This document shows, one piece after another, positions 49,930 through 59,532 of a stretch of 64,000 bases of DNA. Within the stretch, counting starts at the first letter, position 1; every line of letters begins with the position of its first letter. Below the pieces are notes generated by a model that had not been told where the DNA came from, searched no databases, and saw only the letters and a program-made list of their open reading frames with translations. The translations under genes and the position numbers were made by a program. Source of the DNA: Bacteroidales bacterium (GTDB lineage Bacteria > Bacteroidota > Bacteroidia > Bacteroidales > VadinHA17); the NCBI GenBank assembly GCA_003141715.1, contig PLNF01000140.1, forward strand, positions 27,427 through 91,426. Direction: 5' to 3'.

Positions 49930-51699
49930 ATGTACAGGACAAACACATGTGGCGAGCTAAACATGCACAATACCGGGCAGGATGTTATTTTATGCGGCTG
50001 GGTTCAGAAATCAAGAGATCTGGGCGGGATGACATTCGTTGATCTTCGCGACAGGTATGGAATAACCCAGCTTGTATTTAATATGGAAACCAATAAAGAG
50101 ATATGTGAAAAAGCCCGTAAGCTGGGACGTGAATTTGTAGTACAGGCTATAGGTAAGGTGAGAGAAAGGAGTAACAAGAACCTGAAGATGTCTACAGGTG
50201 ATATAGAGATAGAGGTTAATGAGCTTAATATCCTGAACAGGAGCGAGATTCCTCCTTTTACAATTGAAGAAGAGACAGATGGCGGGGAGGAATTGAGAAT
50301 GAAATACCGTTACCTCGACCTCAGGCGAACCACTGTTAAGAACAATATTTTACTTCGGCATAAAGTATCACAGGAAGTCCGTAAATACATGGATTCCATT
50401 GGTTTTATCGAGGTTGAAACTCCCATACTTATTAAATCAACGCCTGAAGGGGCACGCGACTTTGTTGTACCTTCAAGAATGCAACCGGGTACTTTCTATG
50501 CATTGCCTCAATCACCCCAGACTTTAAAGCAGCTGCTGATGGTTGCAGGTTTTGATAAATATTTTCAGATAGTCAAGTGTTTCAGAGATGAAGACCTGCG
50601 GGCCGACAGACAACCTGAGTTTTCACAGATTGATTGTGAGATGTCTTTTGTTGAAAGAGATGATATCCTCAATACATTTGAAGGTCTTGCCAGGTACCTT
50701 TTCAAACAAATAAAAGGCATTGAATTCAAAGAGCCGTTCCTTAGAATTTCATATTGTGAGGCAATGGAATTTTATGGGACAGATAAACCTGACCTTCGTT
50801 TTGGCATGAGGTTCACAGATTTATCCGGATCAGTCAAAGGGCATAATTTTGCAGTATTTGACACTTCAGAATATATTGGAGGGATATGCTCTGAGAATTG
50901 TTCAGAATATACCAGAAAACAGATTGATGAACTGACTGAGTTTGTGAAAAGGCCACAGATAGGAGCAAAGGGGCTTATATATTTAAGGTATAATGTAGAT
51001 GGGACATTAAAATCGTCGGTAGACAAGTTTTATTCCCAGGAGGATTTGAAGAAATGGGCTGATATAATGAATGCGAAACCCGGAGACCTCATTCTGGTAC
51101 TGGCAGGGGATAAAAAGAAAACGTTGACCGCGCTTTCTGAACTGAGGCTAGAAATGGGAAACAGGCTGGGATTGAGAACGAAAGACAAATTCTTCCCATT
51201 ATGGATTGTCGATTTTCCTCTTCTTGAGTGGGATGAGGAGTTGAAGAGGTTCTATGCTATGCATCACCCATTTACATCTCCCGTACCTGAAGATCTTCCT
51301 CTAATGACAACAGATCCGGGGAAAGTCAGGGCTAATGCATATGATCTTGTAATCAATGGAGTTGAGATAGGAGGAGGTTCAATCAGGATTCACGATGCTG
51401 CAGTTCAGAAATCAATGTTCAAAGTCCTTGGATTCAGCGATGAAGAGGCAAATGAGCAATTTGGCTTTCTCCTGAACGCTTTCAAATTCGGCGCTCCGCC
51501 TCATGGAGGAATTGCTTTCGGATTTGACAGGTTGGTAGCTATGTTCGGAGGTCAGGATTCAATCCGTGATTTCATCGCATTCCCCAAAAACAATTCGGGA
51601 CGTGATGTTATGCTTGATACTCCGTCACAGATATCCAATAAACAATTAGATGAACTGCAGCTTATTATAGGAGGGAAAAATAAGAAAAAACTCCTTTAA
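49930..51699 (+). CDS. aspS: Aspartate--tRNA ligase
   Basis: 589 aa with an OB-fold N-terminus. Class II motifs [22 protein letters not shown] and GFDRLV. Confidence 0.95.
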   Translation: MYRTNTCGELNMHNTGQDVILCGWVQKSRDLGGMTFVDLRDRYGITQLVFNMETNKEICEKARKLGREFVVQAIGKVRERSNKNLKMSTGDIEIEVNELNILNRSEIPPFTIEEETDGGEELRMKYRYLDLRRTTVKNNILLRHKVSQEVRKYMDSIGFIEVETPILIKSTPEGARDFVVPSRMQPGTFYALPQSPQTLKQLLMVAGFDKYFQIVKCFRDEDLRADRQPEFSQIDCEMSFVERDDILNTFEGLARYLFKQIKGIEFKEPFLRISYCEAMEFYGTDKPDLRFGMRFTDLSGSVKGHNFAVFDTSEYIGGICSENCSEYTRKQIDELTEFVKRPQIGAKGLIYLRYNVDGTLKSSVDKFYSQEDLKKWADIMNAKPGDLILVLAGDKKKTLTALSELRLEMGNRLGLRTKDKFFPLWIVDFPLLEWDEELKRFYAMHHPFTSPVPEDLPLMTTDPGKVRANAYDLVINGVEIGGGSIRIHDAAVQKSMFKVLGFSDEEANEQFGFLLNAFKFGAPPHGGIAFGFDRLVAMFGGQDSIRDFIAFPKNNSGRDVMLDTPSQISNKQLDELQLIIGGKNKKKLL

Positions 51700-52403
51700 T
51701 CGTTCTGCATCTTGGTTTTGATAATGATTACTCCGCCGTACCCCCTGCTTCCATACATTGCTGCAGATGTGCCCTTAAGAACCTCAATTGATTTAACTGA
51801 TGTAGGAGGGATATTAGGAAGTTCATCCATATAAACACCATCCACTACAATGAGAGCATAGACACTGCCAAACAGATCTTTAGAGTCTTGAATTATTACG
51901 GATAAACCATTCATCCGAACGCCCGAAACTTCTCGTTGGATCATGTCAGAAATTGAACTATACGATGCATATTTTTTGTTTGTTCCGTCAATCTTATTCA
52001 CATCGGTAGTAAGGTTTTTGTTTTTAACATTGCCATACCCAACATTAACTCCTTGTTCGCCAGGTGCAATAATTTTATCCGTAGTTTGTTGAGTTCCTGT
52101 TGTTCCAAAATTAAAATTAATCTCTGTCCTTCCGTTTATGGCTTCTTCAAATGTTCCATTGCCAAAGGTGAAGACACCTATTTTTAATGCATCGGGCTTA
52201 ACTTTAACTTTATAGTTTCCTTTAGAATCGGTTATTGAATTTGTTTTTTGGTCATCTATCATAATTATTGCATTTACAATAGGTTCCTTTGCACTATTCA
52301 AAACAGTCCCCGTTATTGTTATCTTCTTATTGCTTTTTTGCGCAGTTATACTGGCAGTACACAAAACAGATAACAGAATTAAAAGGCATAGTCTTATTCT
52401 CAT
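51696..52403 (-). CDS. Stand-alone CarboxypepD_reg plus plug-like domain protein (no beta-barrel)
   Basis: Signal peptide, [24 protein letters not shown]...GNYKV (CarboxypepD_reg), and a C-terminal [30 protein letters not shown] plug-type motif. It then ends at 235 aa. Its stop overlaps the aspS stop (convergent, 4 nt). Confidence 0.6.
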   Translation of the reverse strand: MRIRLCLLILLSVLCTASITAQKSNKKITITGTVLNSAKEPIVNAIIMIDDQKTNSITDSKGNYKVKVKPDALKIGVFTFGNGTFEEAINGRTEINFNFGTTGTQQTTDKIIAPGEQGVNVGYGNVKNKNLTTDVNKIDGTNKKYASYSSISDMIQREVSGVRMNGLSVIIQDSKDLFGSVYALIVVDGVYMDELPNIPPTSVKSIEVLKGTSAAMYGSRGYGGVIIIKTKMQND

Positions 52404-52470
52404 TTTTTGCAGGTTTAAAATAAAAGTGCAAGTTATTTAGTTTAGAAGAGAAGTGCAAATAATTCAGGGG

Positions 52471-53793
52471 TTAAATACACTTGCCTATCAGTGTTGCCGA
52501 AGTACATCTTTCAATTAAAACCTTAACGTATTCTCCCTTCGTAAGATCACCTCCTGGAAAAACAACAACCTTATTCTGTGAAGTCCTGCCTGATAAATAT
52601 TCAGCAGATCTCTTTGAAAATCCTTCAACCAGAACATCAAAGACCATACCAATATCACTTTTTTTCGATTTTGATGAAAATCGGTTCTGAATTGAGATCA
52701 TTTCACTTAGTCTTTCCGACTTTAAAGATTCGCTGACATCATCTTTAAATTTTCTTGCAGCTTTTGTTCCGGGTCTTTCACTATACTTAAACATATAAGC
52801 AAAATCAAAGCAAGCCCACTCCATAAGTGAGAGAGACTCTTTATGATCTTCTTTTGTTTCAGTACAAAATCCCGTTATCATATCGGTCGATAAGGAACAT
52901 TCAGGAATAATGGTATGTATGGCATTTAAACGGTCCATATACCACTCCCTGGTATATTCACGATTCATAAGTTTAAGAATGCGGCTACTTCCACTTTGTG
53001 CCGGAAGATGAATGTGTTTACATATATTCTTATTCCTGGCTATAGTGTACAGAAGTTCATCTGAGATATCTTTTGGATGGGAAGTTGAAAACCTTACCCG
53101 TAAGAGTGGATTAATCAAAGCAACTTTTTCCAGAAGTTCAGCAAATCCGATTATACCGATATCATGATTCCAATTATATGAATCTACATTTTGACCAAGC
53201 AGCGTCACTTCCCTGTAACCCATCTCAAATAGCTCTTTTACCTCTTTCATAATCGACTCGGGATTTCTGCTCCTTTCAGCGCCACGCACATAGGGCACAA
53301 CACAATATGCGCACATATTATTGCAACCACGCATTATTGAAACAAATGAGGAAACCCCATTCTTATCCATCCTCACTGGTGAAATATCAGCGTAGGTCTC
53401 TTCTCGTGAGAGAAGAACATTTACTGCTTTGTGACCTCCCTCAGCTTCAGTTACAAGAGACGGGAGATCCCTGTAAGCATCAGGCCCTACAACAATATCG
53501 ATCAGCTGATCGGTCTCGATCAGCTTCTCCTTAAGCCGTTCTGCCATACATCCTATTATTCCTACTTTCAGATCATTTTTCTGTTTTTTCAGATGACTGA
53601 TTGCTTTAAGACGACCCCAGATTCTTTGTTCAGCATTATCGCGGATTGAACAGGTATTTATTAATATTAATCCTGCATCTTTAATATTTTCGGTCGGTTC
53701 ATATCCGGCCTTGGAAAGTATTGACACAACAACCTCAGTGTCAGCGACATTCATTTGACAACCATATGTCTCTATATATACTTTCTTGCTCAT
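52471..53793 (-). CDS. miaB: tRNA-2-methylthio-N6-dimethylallyladenosine synthase (radical SAM methylthiotransferase)
   Basis: N-terminal VYIETYGCQMN (UPF0004), radical-SAM cluster CNNMCAYC, C-terminal TRAM domain. Confidence 0.88.
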   Translation of the reverse strand: MSKKVYIETYGCQMNVADTEVVVSILSKAGYEPTENIKDAGLILINTCSIRDNAEQRIWGRLKAISHLKKQKNDLKVGIIGCMAERLKEKLIETDQLIDIVVGPDAYRDLPSLVTEAEGGHKAVNVLLSREETYADISPVRMDKNGVSSFVSIMRGCNNMCAYCVVPYVRGAERSRNPESIMKEVKELFEMGYREVTLLGQNVDSYNWNHDIGIIGFAELLEKVALINPLLRVRFSTSHPKDISDELLYTIARNKNICKHIHLPAQSGSSRILKLMNREYTREWYMDRLNAIHTIIPECSLSTDMITGFCTETKEDHKESLSLMEWACFDFAYMFKYSERPGTKAARKFKDDVSESLKSERLSEMISIQNRFSSKSKKSDIGMVFDVLVEGFSKRSAEYLSGRTSQNKVVVFPGGDLTKGEYVKVLIERCTSATLIGKCI

Positions 53794-53813
53794 ATTTATC
53801 TCTTTAAATAAGA

Positions 53814-53845
53814 GGCTTAAAGGCTCAACGGCTTAACGGCAAAAC
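53814..53845. repeat. Degenerate 8-bp tandem array, 4 units (GGCTTAAA GGCTCAAC GGCTTAAC GGCAAAAC)
   Basis: Read directly from the sequence. It lies in the divergent miaB/yebC intergenic region and has the same unit type as 197-236. Confidence 0.8.
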
Positions 53846-53866
53846 ACATTATTTGATATATTACCA

Positions 53867-53914
53867 GTCTTTACGCCTTCATTCCTTTATGCCTTTACGC
53901 CTTTATGCCTTTAC
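53867..53914. repeat. Degenerate 8-bp tandem array, 6 units (GTCTTTAC GCCTTCAT TCCTTTAT GCCTTTAC GCCTTTAT GCCTTTAC)
   Basis: Read directly from the sequence. It lies 21 bp downstream of the GGCNNAAC array and has the same unit type as 267-298. Confidence 0.8.
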
Positions 53915-53994
53915 TTCGGCACAAATCTATAAACTATGACCGAGGTTTGAAAGAATTATTTAATTTTGCATTCTGTATAATAAATATCTAAAGT

Positions 53995-54738
53995 ATGTCA
54001 GGACATAGCAAATGGTCAACCATAAAGCGGAAAAAAGGAGCAATAGATGCTAAAAGGGGAAAAAAATTCACCAAAATTATCAAAGAGATATTAATTGCGG
54101 CAAAAGAAGGTGGTAGTGATGCCGAATCTAATGCACGGCTCAGGCTTGCAGTCCAGAATGCAAAAGGCGCCAATATGCCTAAAGATAATATTGACAGGGC
54201 AATTAAAAAAGCTACGGGTGCCGATGCTGAAAGCTTTACCGAAACTTCATTTGAGGGTTATGGCCCATGTGGGGTTGCAGTATTTGTAGAGTGTCTGACA
54301 GATAACAATAACAGAACAGTAGCATCGGTAAGGTCGGCTTTTAATAAGCATGGAGGTAATCTTGGAACAAACGGATCTCTTACTTTCCTCTTTGAAAGAA
54401 AAGGGATATTTACAATAAAAAATGAAGGATTAACTCTGGAGGATGTCGAACTTGAAATGATCGATGCCGGTGCAGAAGATTTTGAAGTTGACGGTGATAT
54501 GCTTACTGTAACATGTGCTAAGGAAGATTTCGGAAACGTGAACAGAAAACTTAATGAGCTTGGGATAGAACCTGAAGAAGCAGGGCTGAAAAGAATTCCT
54601 CACGACACTAAAAAGTTGGATATTGAATCTGCTAAAAAAGTTCTCAGGCTTATCGATACACTTGAAGATGACGATGATATCCAGTTTGTATATCATAATC
54701 TTGAAATGACTGATGAACTGGCTGCAGAGCTGGGATAG
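53995..54738 (+). CDS. yebC: YebC/PmpR-family transcriptional regulator
   Basis: Canonical N-terminus MSGHSKWSTIKRKKGAIDAKRGK; 247 aa. Confidence 0.9.
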   Translation: MSGHSKWSTIKRKKGAIDAKRGKKFTKIIKEILIAAKEGGSDAESNARLRLAVQNAKGANMPKDNIDRAIKKATGADAESFTETSFEGYGPCGVAVFVECLTDNNNRTVASVRSAFNKHGGNLGTNGSLTFLFERKGIFTIKNEGLTLEDVELEMIDAGAEDFEVDGDMLTVTCAKEDFGNVNRKLNELGIEPEEAGLKRIPHDTKKLDIESAKKVLRLIDTLEDDDDIQFVYHNLEMTDELAAELG

Positions 54739-54760
54739 AAATTTTTGCTACTTTTGCAAC

Positions 54761-55246
54761 ATGATCAGAAAATTCTTTTTGATATCAGTTATTCTTTGTT
54801 TTTCAACCATGATCGTCCGGTCACAGTCTTTTGTCAGATCATCGGATCTTTTTACAAGGACTGATGGCAACTCAAAGGCAGGCCAGCTTAATATCATTCA
54901 GGATCCGGCATTAGATACCCTTATAAGCAGATATATTCTTGGATACAAGAATCTGGAAGAGAAAAATGGCTACTCCGGTATGGAAGGATTCAGAATACAG
55001 ATATACAGCAGTTCCAATAGAAATGCACGGGAGGAATCAGGCAAAGCTAGAGCTGAATTTATGAGCAAGTTTCCTGACATTGTTTCTTATCCTTTATTCG
55101 CCGAGCCAGGATATTACAAAATCAGAGTTGGCGACTTCAGAACAAAAACCGAAGCGACAAGGTTGTTTTTATTGATCAGTAAGGTATTTCCCGATGCATA
55201 TATCGTCCCTGATATTATAAATTTCCCGGACCTGAATATTAAATAA
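54761..55246 (+). CDS. SPOR-domain (peptidoglycan-binding) protein
   Basis: ATG 54761 gives the signal/anchor MIRKFFLISVILCFSTMIVRSQS. C-terminal SPOR-like GFRIQIYSS...YYKIRVGDFRTKTEA. Confidence 0.7.
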   Translation: MIRKFFLISVILCFSTMIVRSQSFVRSSDLFTRTDGNSKAGQLNIIQDPALDTLISRYILGYKNLEEKNGYSGMEGFRIQIYSSSNRNAREESGKARAEFMSKFPDIVSYPLFAEPGYYKIRVGDFRTKTEATRLFLLISKVFPDAYIVPDIINFPDLNIK

Positions 55247-55248
55247 TT

Positions 55249-57150
55249 ATGAGCGATAACATCAAACACGAATGTGGCATTGCAATGTTAAGATTGCGTA
55301 AGCCGATGGAATTCTATATTAAAAAATATGGTACCTGGAGCTATGGTCTGCAGAAGATGTACCTGATGATGGAAAAACAGCATAACAGGGGTCAGGATGG
55401 AGCAGGTATTGCAGGAATTAAGCTGGATGTTCCACCGGGCAACAGGTATATTTTCAGACAAAGATCAAACAAAGCAAATCCTATTAAAGAAGTTTTCGGG
55501 CTCATTTATCAGGATATTGATGCATTAACTAATTCACATCCTGAAGGTTTTAAAAATCCTGATTTTATTAAAGAAAATGTTCCGTTTGCCTGCGATATCT
55601 ATCTTGGACACCTGAGATATGGTACTTATGGAAATTATAATATTGACTACGTACATCCTGTGAGCCGTGAAAATAACTGGAAGTCAAAAAACCTTGTTAT
55701 GGCCGGTAATTTCAATCTTACAAATGTCGGAGAAGTCTTTAGCAGCCTGGTTGAGCTGGGTCAGAATCCTGTTGATTTTTCGGATACTGTTACAATTCTC
55801 GAAAATGTCGGGCATAGGCTCGATGAAGAAAACGAGAGATTATTCCGCAAATTCAAAGAAGAGGGTTTTTCGAAAAAAGAGATATCCCCGTTGATAGAGA
55901 AAAACCTGGATGTTACTTCAATTCTGAAAAAAGCAAGCCGTAACTGGGATGGCGGTTATGCAATGGCCGGCATGGTAGGCCATGGCGATGCATTTGTAAT
56001 GCGAGACCCTGCAGGCATCAGACCGGCATACTACTATATTGACGATGAGGTAGTTGTTGTTGCTTCTGAAAGACCTGTTATTCAGACAATTTTTAATGTA
56101 AGAACCGATAATGTCCTGGAACTTCCACCTGCAAGTGCTATTATAATTAAGGCATCAGGAGAAACAACCATTGAAAAGATCAGGGAGGCAACCGAACCCA
56201 GGAAATGCTCATTTGAACGAATATATTTCTCAAGAGGAACTGATAAGACAATATACCGAGAAAGAAAAAAACTCGGGGAACTGCTCGCGGATAGTGTTCT
56301 GAAGGTCGTTGACTATGATCTTGACCACACGGTGTTTTCCTATATCCCCAACACTGCTGAAAGCGCATTTTACGGACTGATAAAAGGAGTCGAGAATTAT
56401 CTCAACCAGGTAAAAATTGATCATATTCTCAGCAGGGGAAAGTACCTGGAAAGAGAGGAACTTGAAAAAATTATTAACCAGCGACCCAGAGTTGAAAAAA
56501 TTGCGGTAAAGGATGCAAAGCTGCGTACATTTATAACAGAAGACACAAGCCGTGATGATCTCGTCGGGCATATTTATGATGTCACTTATGGTGTAATCAA
56601 ACGAAATGTAGATAACCTGGTAGTTATTGACGACTCGATTGTAAGAGGTACTACACTGAAGAAAAGCATAATCAGGATCCTTGATAAACTTGATCCGAAA
56701 AAGATAGTTGTCGTCTCTTCATCACCACAATTGAGATACCCCGATTGTTACGGAATTGATATGGCTAAGCTTGGTGATTTTATTGCATTCAAAGCAGCCA
56801 TTGAGCTTTTAAAAGATACAGGAAAAGAATCAGTGATTCAGTCTGTCTATAATGAGGCATTGTCTGAGCTTCAGAAGCCTGTTGATGAGATGAAAAACCT
56901 CGTATGCGAAATCTATAAACCATTCTCTACCGAGGAGATATCAGCGAAAATTTCATCGATGCTTAAATCAGACGAAATAAAATCAGAAGTTGAAATTGTA
57001 TTTCAATCAATTGAAGGTCTTCATGAAGCTTGTCCCGGACATCTGGGTGACTGGTATTTTACGGGCAATTATCCAACCCCCGGCGGTAATAAGGTTGTAA
57101 ACCAGTCTTTCATTAACTACGTGGAAGGAAGGAATATCAGGGCTTATTGA
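55249..57150 (+). CDS. purF: Amidophosphoribosyltransferase (long Bacteroidota-type class II GATase)
   Basis: N-terminal ...HECGIAML Ntn-Cys, the PRTase loop VVIDDSIVRGTTLK; 633 aa. Confidence 0.85.
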   Translation: MSDNIKHECGIAMLRLRKPMEFYIKKYGTWSYGLQKMYLMMEKQHNRGQDGAGIAGIKLDVPPGNRYIFRQRSNKANPIKEVFGLIYQDIDALTNSHPEGFKNPDFIKENVPFACDIYLGHLRYGTYGNYNIDYVHPVSRENNWKSKNLVMAGNFNLTNVGEVFSSLVELGQNPVDFSDTVTILENVGHRLDEENERLFRKFKEEGFSKKEISPLIEKNLDVTSILKKASRNWDGGYAMAGMVGHGDAFVMRDPAGIRPAYYYIDDEVVVVASERPVIQTIFNVRTDNVLELPPASAIIIKASGETTIEKIREATEPRKCSFERIYFSRGTDKTIYRERKKLGELLADSVLKVVDYDLDHTVFSYIPNTAESAFYGLIKGVENYLNQVKIDHILSRGKYLEREELEKIINQRPRVEKIAVKDAKLRTFITEDTSRDDLVGHIYDVTYGVIKRNVDNLVVIDDSIVRGTTLKKSIIRILDKLDPKKIVVVSSSPQLRYPDCYGIDMAKLGDFIAFKAAIELLKDTGKESVIQSVYNEALSELQKPVDEMKNLVCEIYKPFSTEEISAKISSMLKSDEIKSEVEIVFQSIEGLHEACPGHLGDWYFTGNYPTPGGNKVVNQSFINYVEGRNIRAY

Positions 57151-58115
57151 TTCTCGTGTGAAAACCAGGTGATTTCAAAATCTTTCTTATACGAAGAGAG
57201 GTGCCTGTTAATCTTTTCAACGTAAATATCCCTGAGTGTGATCATTATTCCGGTCTCTTCCACATTTCCGAATTTATGGTTTATGAAGGTACCAAAAGTT
57301 CTCATCGTGGGAGACAAATTCATATAAGCATTAATCAGAGGAGGAATATTCTCGTTGAGGTTTCTGACCTCTCTTGAGAGAATCTTATAGTTTTCTTTAT
57401 ATCTTCTCCATCCCCATGCCCTGAAGAGCTTTTTCATTTCCTCAGTATTCAAATTAATATCGGCGGGGTCGATTGGAGTAACAAGGCCGTCAGGATCGTT
57501 GAAATGCTTCTTCAGAAAATAAAGTATCATGTTTCTGGCTTTCTGATTGAAATGAGGATACATGGTTACCTTTCCGAAAAGGTATTTAAGATGATGATTA
57601 TCAATAATTACTGCACCAAGTCCATCCCAAAGGTTATCAAGAGCAAACATGCTTTTCCTGCCCATAGAACGCGACTGATAATCGGGATGAACAAATGACC
57701 TGCCAAGTTCCATCAGATGAGGATAATACTTATGGAGGAATTTATCAGAAAAATGGAAATAAGCAGAGGAAGCAAGTTTGGTAATATCGCAGTCAGTACA
57801 TCCTTTTTCGGGGGAATAAAAACGATATCCGCCAATCATCTCTTTATTTTCAGGATCCCATACAATCAGCTGTTTTTGAGGATCAACTTTAGCGGTGTCA
57901 AAATCGTCTATATCTATCTCATTCCCTGTTCCGCCTCCGGCATGTCTGAAGGTAAGTTCTCTGACCCGGCCTACTTCGTGCATGAGGGCAGGAGAATTAT
58001 TATTATCAAATACATAAACCTCATTGTTACCGTTGTTGGTCTTGCGCAGGAGCTTATCACTTGTCAGTTCAGCAATAATCTGATCCTTTGGTAATTGAGC
58101 AACAACTGGTTTCAT
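57144..58115 (-). CDS. GNAT-fold lipid N-acyltransferase (OlsB/GlsB-like, hemolysin-like family)
   Basis: 323 aa. RELTFRHAGGGTGNEIDIDDFD and a GNAT-like core. It is paired with a PlsC-type acyltransferase, as in the glycine-lipid (glsB-glsA) locus described in Bacteroides. Confidence 0.65.
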   Translation of the reverse strand: MKPVVAQLPKDQIIAELTSDKLLRKTNNGNNEVYVFDNNNSPALMHEVGRVRELTFRHAGGGTGNEIDIDDFDTAKVDPQKQLIVWDPENKEMIGGYRFYSPEKGCTDCDITKLASSAYFHFSDKFLHKYYPHLMELGRSFVHPDYQSRSMGRKSMFALDNLWDGLGAVIIDNHHLKYLFGKVTMYPHFNQKARNMILYFLKKHFNDPDGLVTPIDPADINLNTEEMKKLFRAWGWRRYKENYKILSREVRNLNENIPPLINAYMNLSPTMRTFGTFINHKFGNVEETGIMITLRDIYVEKINRHLSSYKKDFEITWFSHENQ

Positions 58116-58175
58116 TTAATATTAGAAAATGGGGGTGATATATCCGAATATTATTTTCACAAAATCTGACGCAAT

Positions 58176-59045
58176 TTAATCTTTTTTTTTGTTTAACGGT
58201 AATCCGGAAATAAATGATTCAAGATCGTACGATTTTGACTTTACCCAATCCGCCCATTCCAGTGCTGATCTTGTTTTATCAAAGGTTTTCCAGGGAATTG
58301 GTTCACCGAAAACCAGACTTATCTCTTTATCCTTTTGTTTGAACATCTCATCAGCAAGATACAGCATTTCAATATTTGTTTTCAGACCCAGGAACTTTCT
58401 GGTATTGGCAAGATTGTAGAAAAAATTGGAATTTCTACCGGAGAAAAATGCCGGAACAATATCTCTTTTGTACTGTATAGATTTAGTTATGAAGCTTTTA
58501 TGCCACTGCAGGTCCTTTATAACCCCGCCTTTTTTTCTTGAACATAATCCGGCAGGGAAATAAAGGATCTGGTTGTCGGACGCGTATGCTTCCTCAATCA
58601 TTTTGGCTGCATCCTTTGCCTGCGCTCCGTGTTTATTTACAGGAAGAAAGATGCCTGACAGATTTTTAATATTGGTAAGTATATCATTTACCGGGAATTT
58701 AATGTCATGGAAATGTTTCGATAATTCATAAATAAATACCAGTCCGTCGAGTCCTCCAAGCGGATGATTTGAAACAAATATATACCTGCCTGATTTAGGG
58801 ATATTCTCATTTCCACTGACCTTGAATTTAATTTCAAAATGCTCCAGACCGGCAGCAATTAATTCAGAATCTCTCAGGTGACCAAATTTTTTCAGGAATT
58901 CATTTAATTCATCCTGATGGACAACCCTTTTCAGATAATTTATAATAAAGTCTGGAATGGCCCTCGCGAGCGCCGGATTTTTTGAATAGAGGACATTTTT
59001 GACATCTATTTTCTGATTTTCATTATTCCCCGAAGCACTATCCAT
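58176..59045 (-). CDS. Lysophospholipid/1-acyl-glycerol-3-phosphate-type O-acyltransferase (GlsA-like)
   Basis: HX4D motif SNHPLGGLDG and FPAGLCSRK. ATG 59043-59045 is preferred over the ORF-track TTG 59066. Confidence 0.7.
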   Translation of the reverse strand: MDSASGNNENQKIDVKNVLYSKNPALARAIPDFIINYLKRVVHQDELNEFLKKFGHLRDSELIAAGLEHFEIKFKVSGNENIPKSGRYIFVSNHPLGGLDGLVFIYELSKHFHDIKFPVNDILTNIKNLSGIFLPVNKHGAQAKDAAKMIEEAYASDNQILYFPAGLCSRKKGGVIKDLQWHKSFITKSIQYKRDIVPAFFSGRNSNFFYNLANTRKFLGLKTNIEMLYLADEMFKQKDKEISLVFGEPIPWKTFDKTRSALEWADWVKSKSYDLESFISGLPLNKKKD

Positions 59046-59143
59046 TTTCCCGGCGATTAAAAACAATGGTCCAAAATTAATTAAAAAAATTTGGAAGCCA
59101 CAGATTTTTTCTGACCACTCCAGATTATATATCTCTTTTCAAC

Positions 59144-59380
59144 TTGGCTCTGAAAGAGCCAAATATGAATAACCCCCGGTGTCAGCAGGGGGTCAAACGA
59201 CTACGGATCTTTGGCAGCTCTGAAAGAGCTGAACATTATAGCAAAAACTTCTCATCCGGTGTAATAATTCTTAGTTCAGATCCAATTATATTAAGCCCCT
59301 TCAGGGCTATAGATCAGTGTATTAGCTGTTACCCCCGGCTGGCGACGGGGGTAATTCATATATAGCCACATTCGTGGCTA
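59144..59380 (+). other. Array of six short GC-rich hairpins (candidate structured RNA or nested REP cluster)
   Basis: H1 59144-59162 TTGGCTC-TGAAA-GAGCCAA. H2 59172-59193 ACCCCC-N10-GGGGGT. H3 59215-59231 CAGCTC-TGAAA-GAGCTG. H4 59294-59308 AGCCC-CTTCA-GGGCT. H5 59331-59352 ACCCCCG-N8-CGGGGGT. H6 59363-59380 TAGCCAC-ATTC-GTGGCTA. 59163-59178 is complementary (15 of 16) to 59346-59361. Confidence 0.5.
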
Positions 59381-59477
59381 AGTCGGTTCAAATCTAGGAC
59401 TCTTGAAGACAAACGAGTAATTAATGGATATCGCGCTTATATTTCTTCTTCTAAAAGTTATTAACAAAAAACGAAAA

Positions 59478-59504
59478 AATGTGGAGCAAAGTGGAGCAAA
59501 GTGG
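59478..59504 (+). promoter_or_regulatory. Three direct 10-bp-phased GTGG boxes (AATGTGG, AAAGTGG, AAAGTGG): candidate MraZ operator
   Basis: aaatGTGGAGCAAAGTGGAGCAAAGTGGATAT lies 29-44 nt upstream of the mraZ start. It matches the published pattern of MraZ-binding direct repeats (TGGGN x3 with 5-nt spacers in E. coli; AAAGTG[G/T] boxes in Mollicutes). Confidence 0.7.
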
Positions 59505-59532
59505 ATATTTTTTCCTTATTTTAGCCTTTTAA

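Noticed and set aside
59144-59365. 73-aa ORF (TTG start) across the hairpin array upstream of mraZ
   Set aside because: It starts at a non-ATG codon, its sequence is dictated by consecutive palindromic hairpins, and I recognise no protein features. I treat it as non-coding.
59385-59395. GGTTCAAATCT resembling a tRNA/tmRNA T-loop at the end of the hairpin array
   Set aside because: The flanking bases do not form a T-stem (GTCGG versus CTAGG), and no acceptor stem or CCA context could be built. It is not a tRNA or tmRNA.
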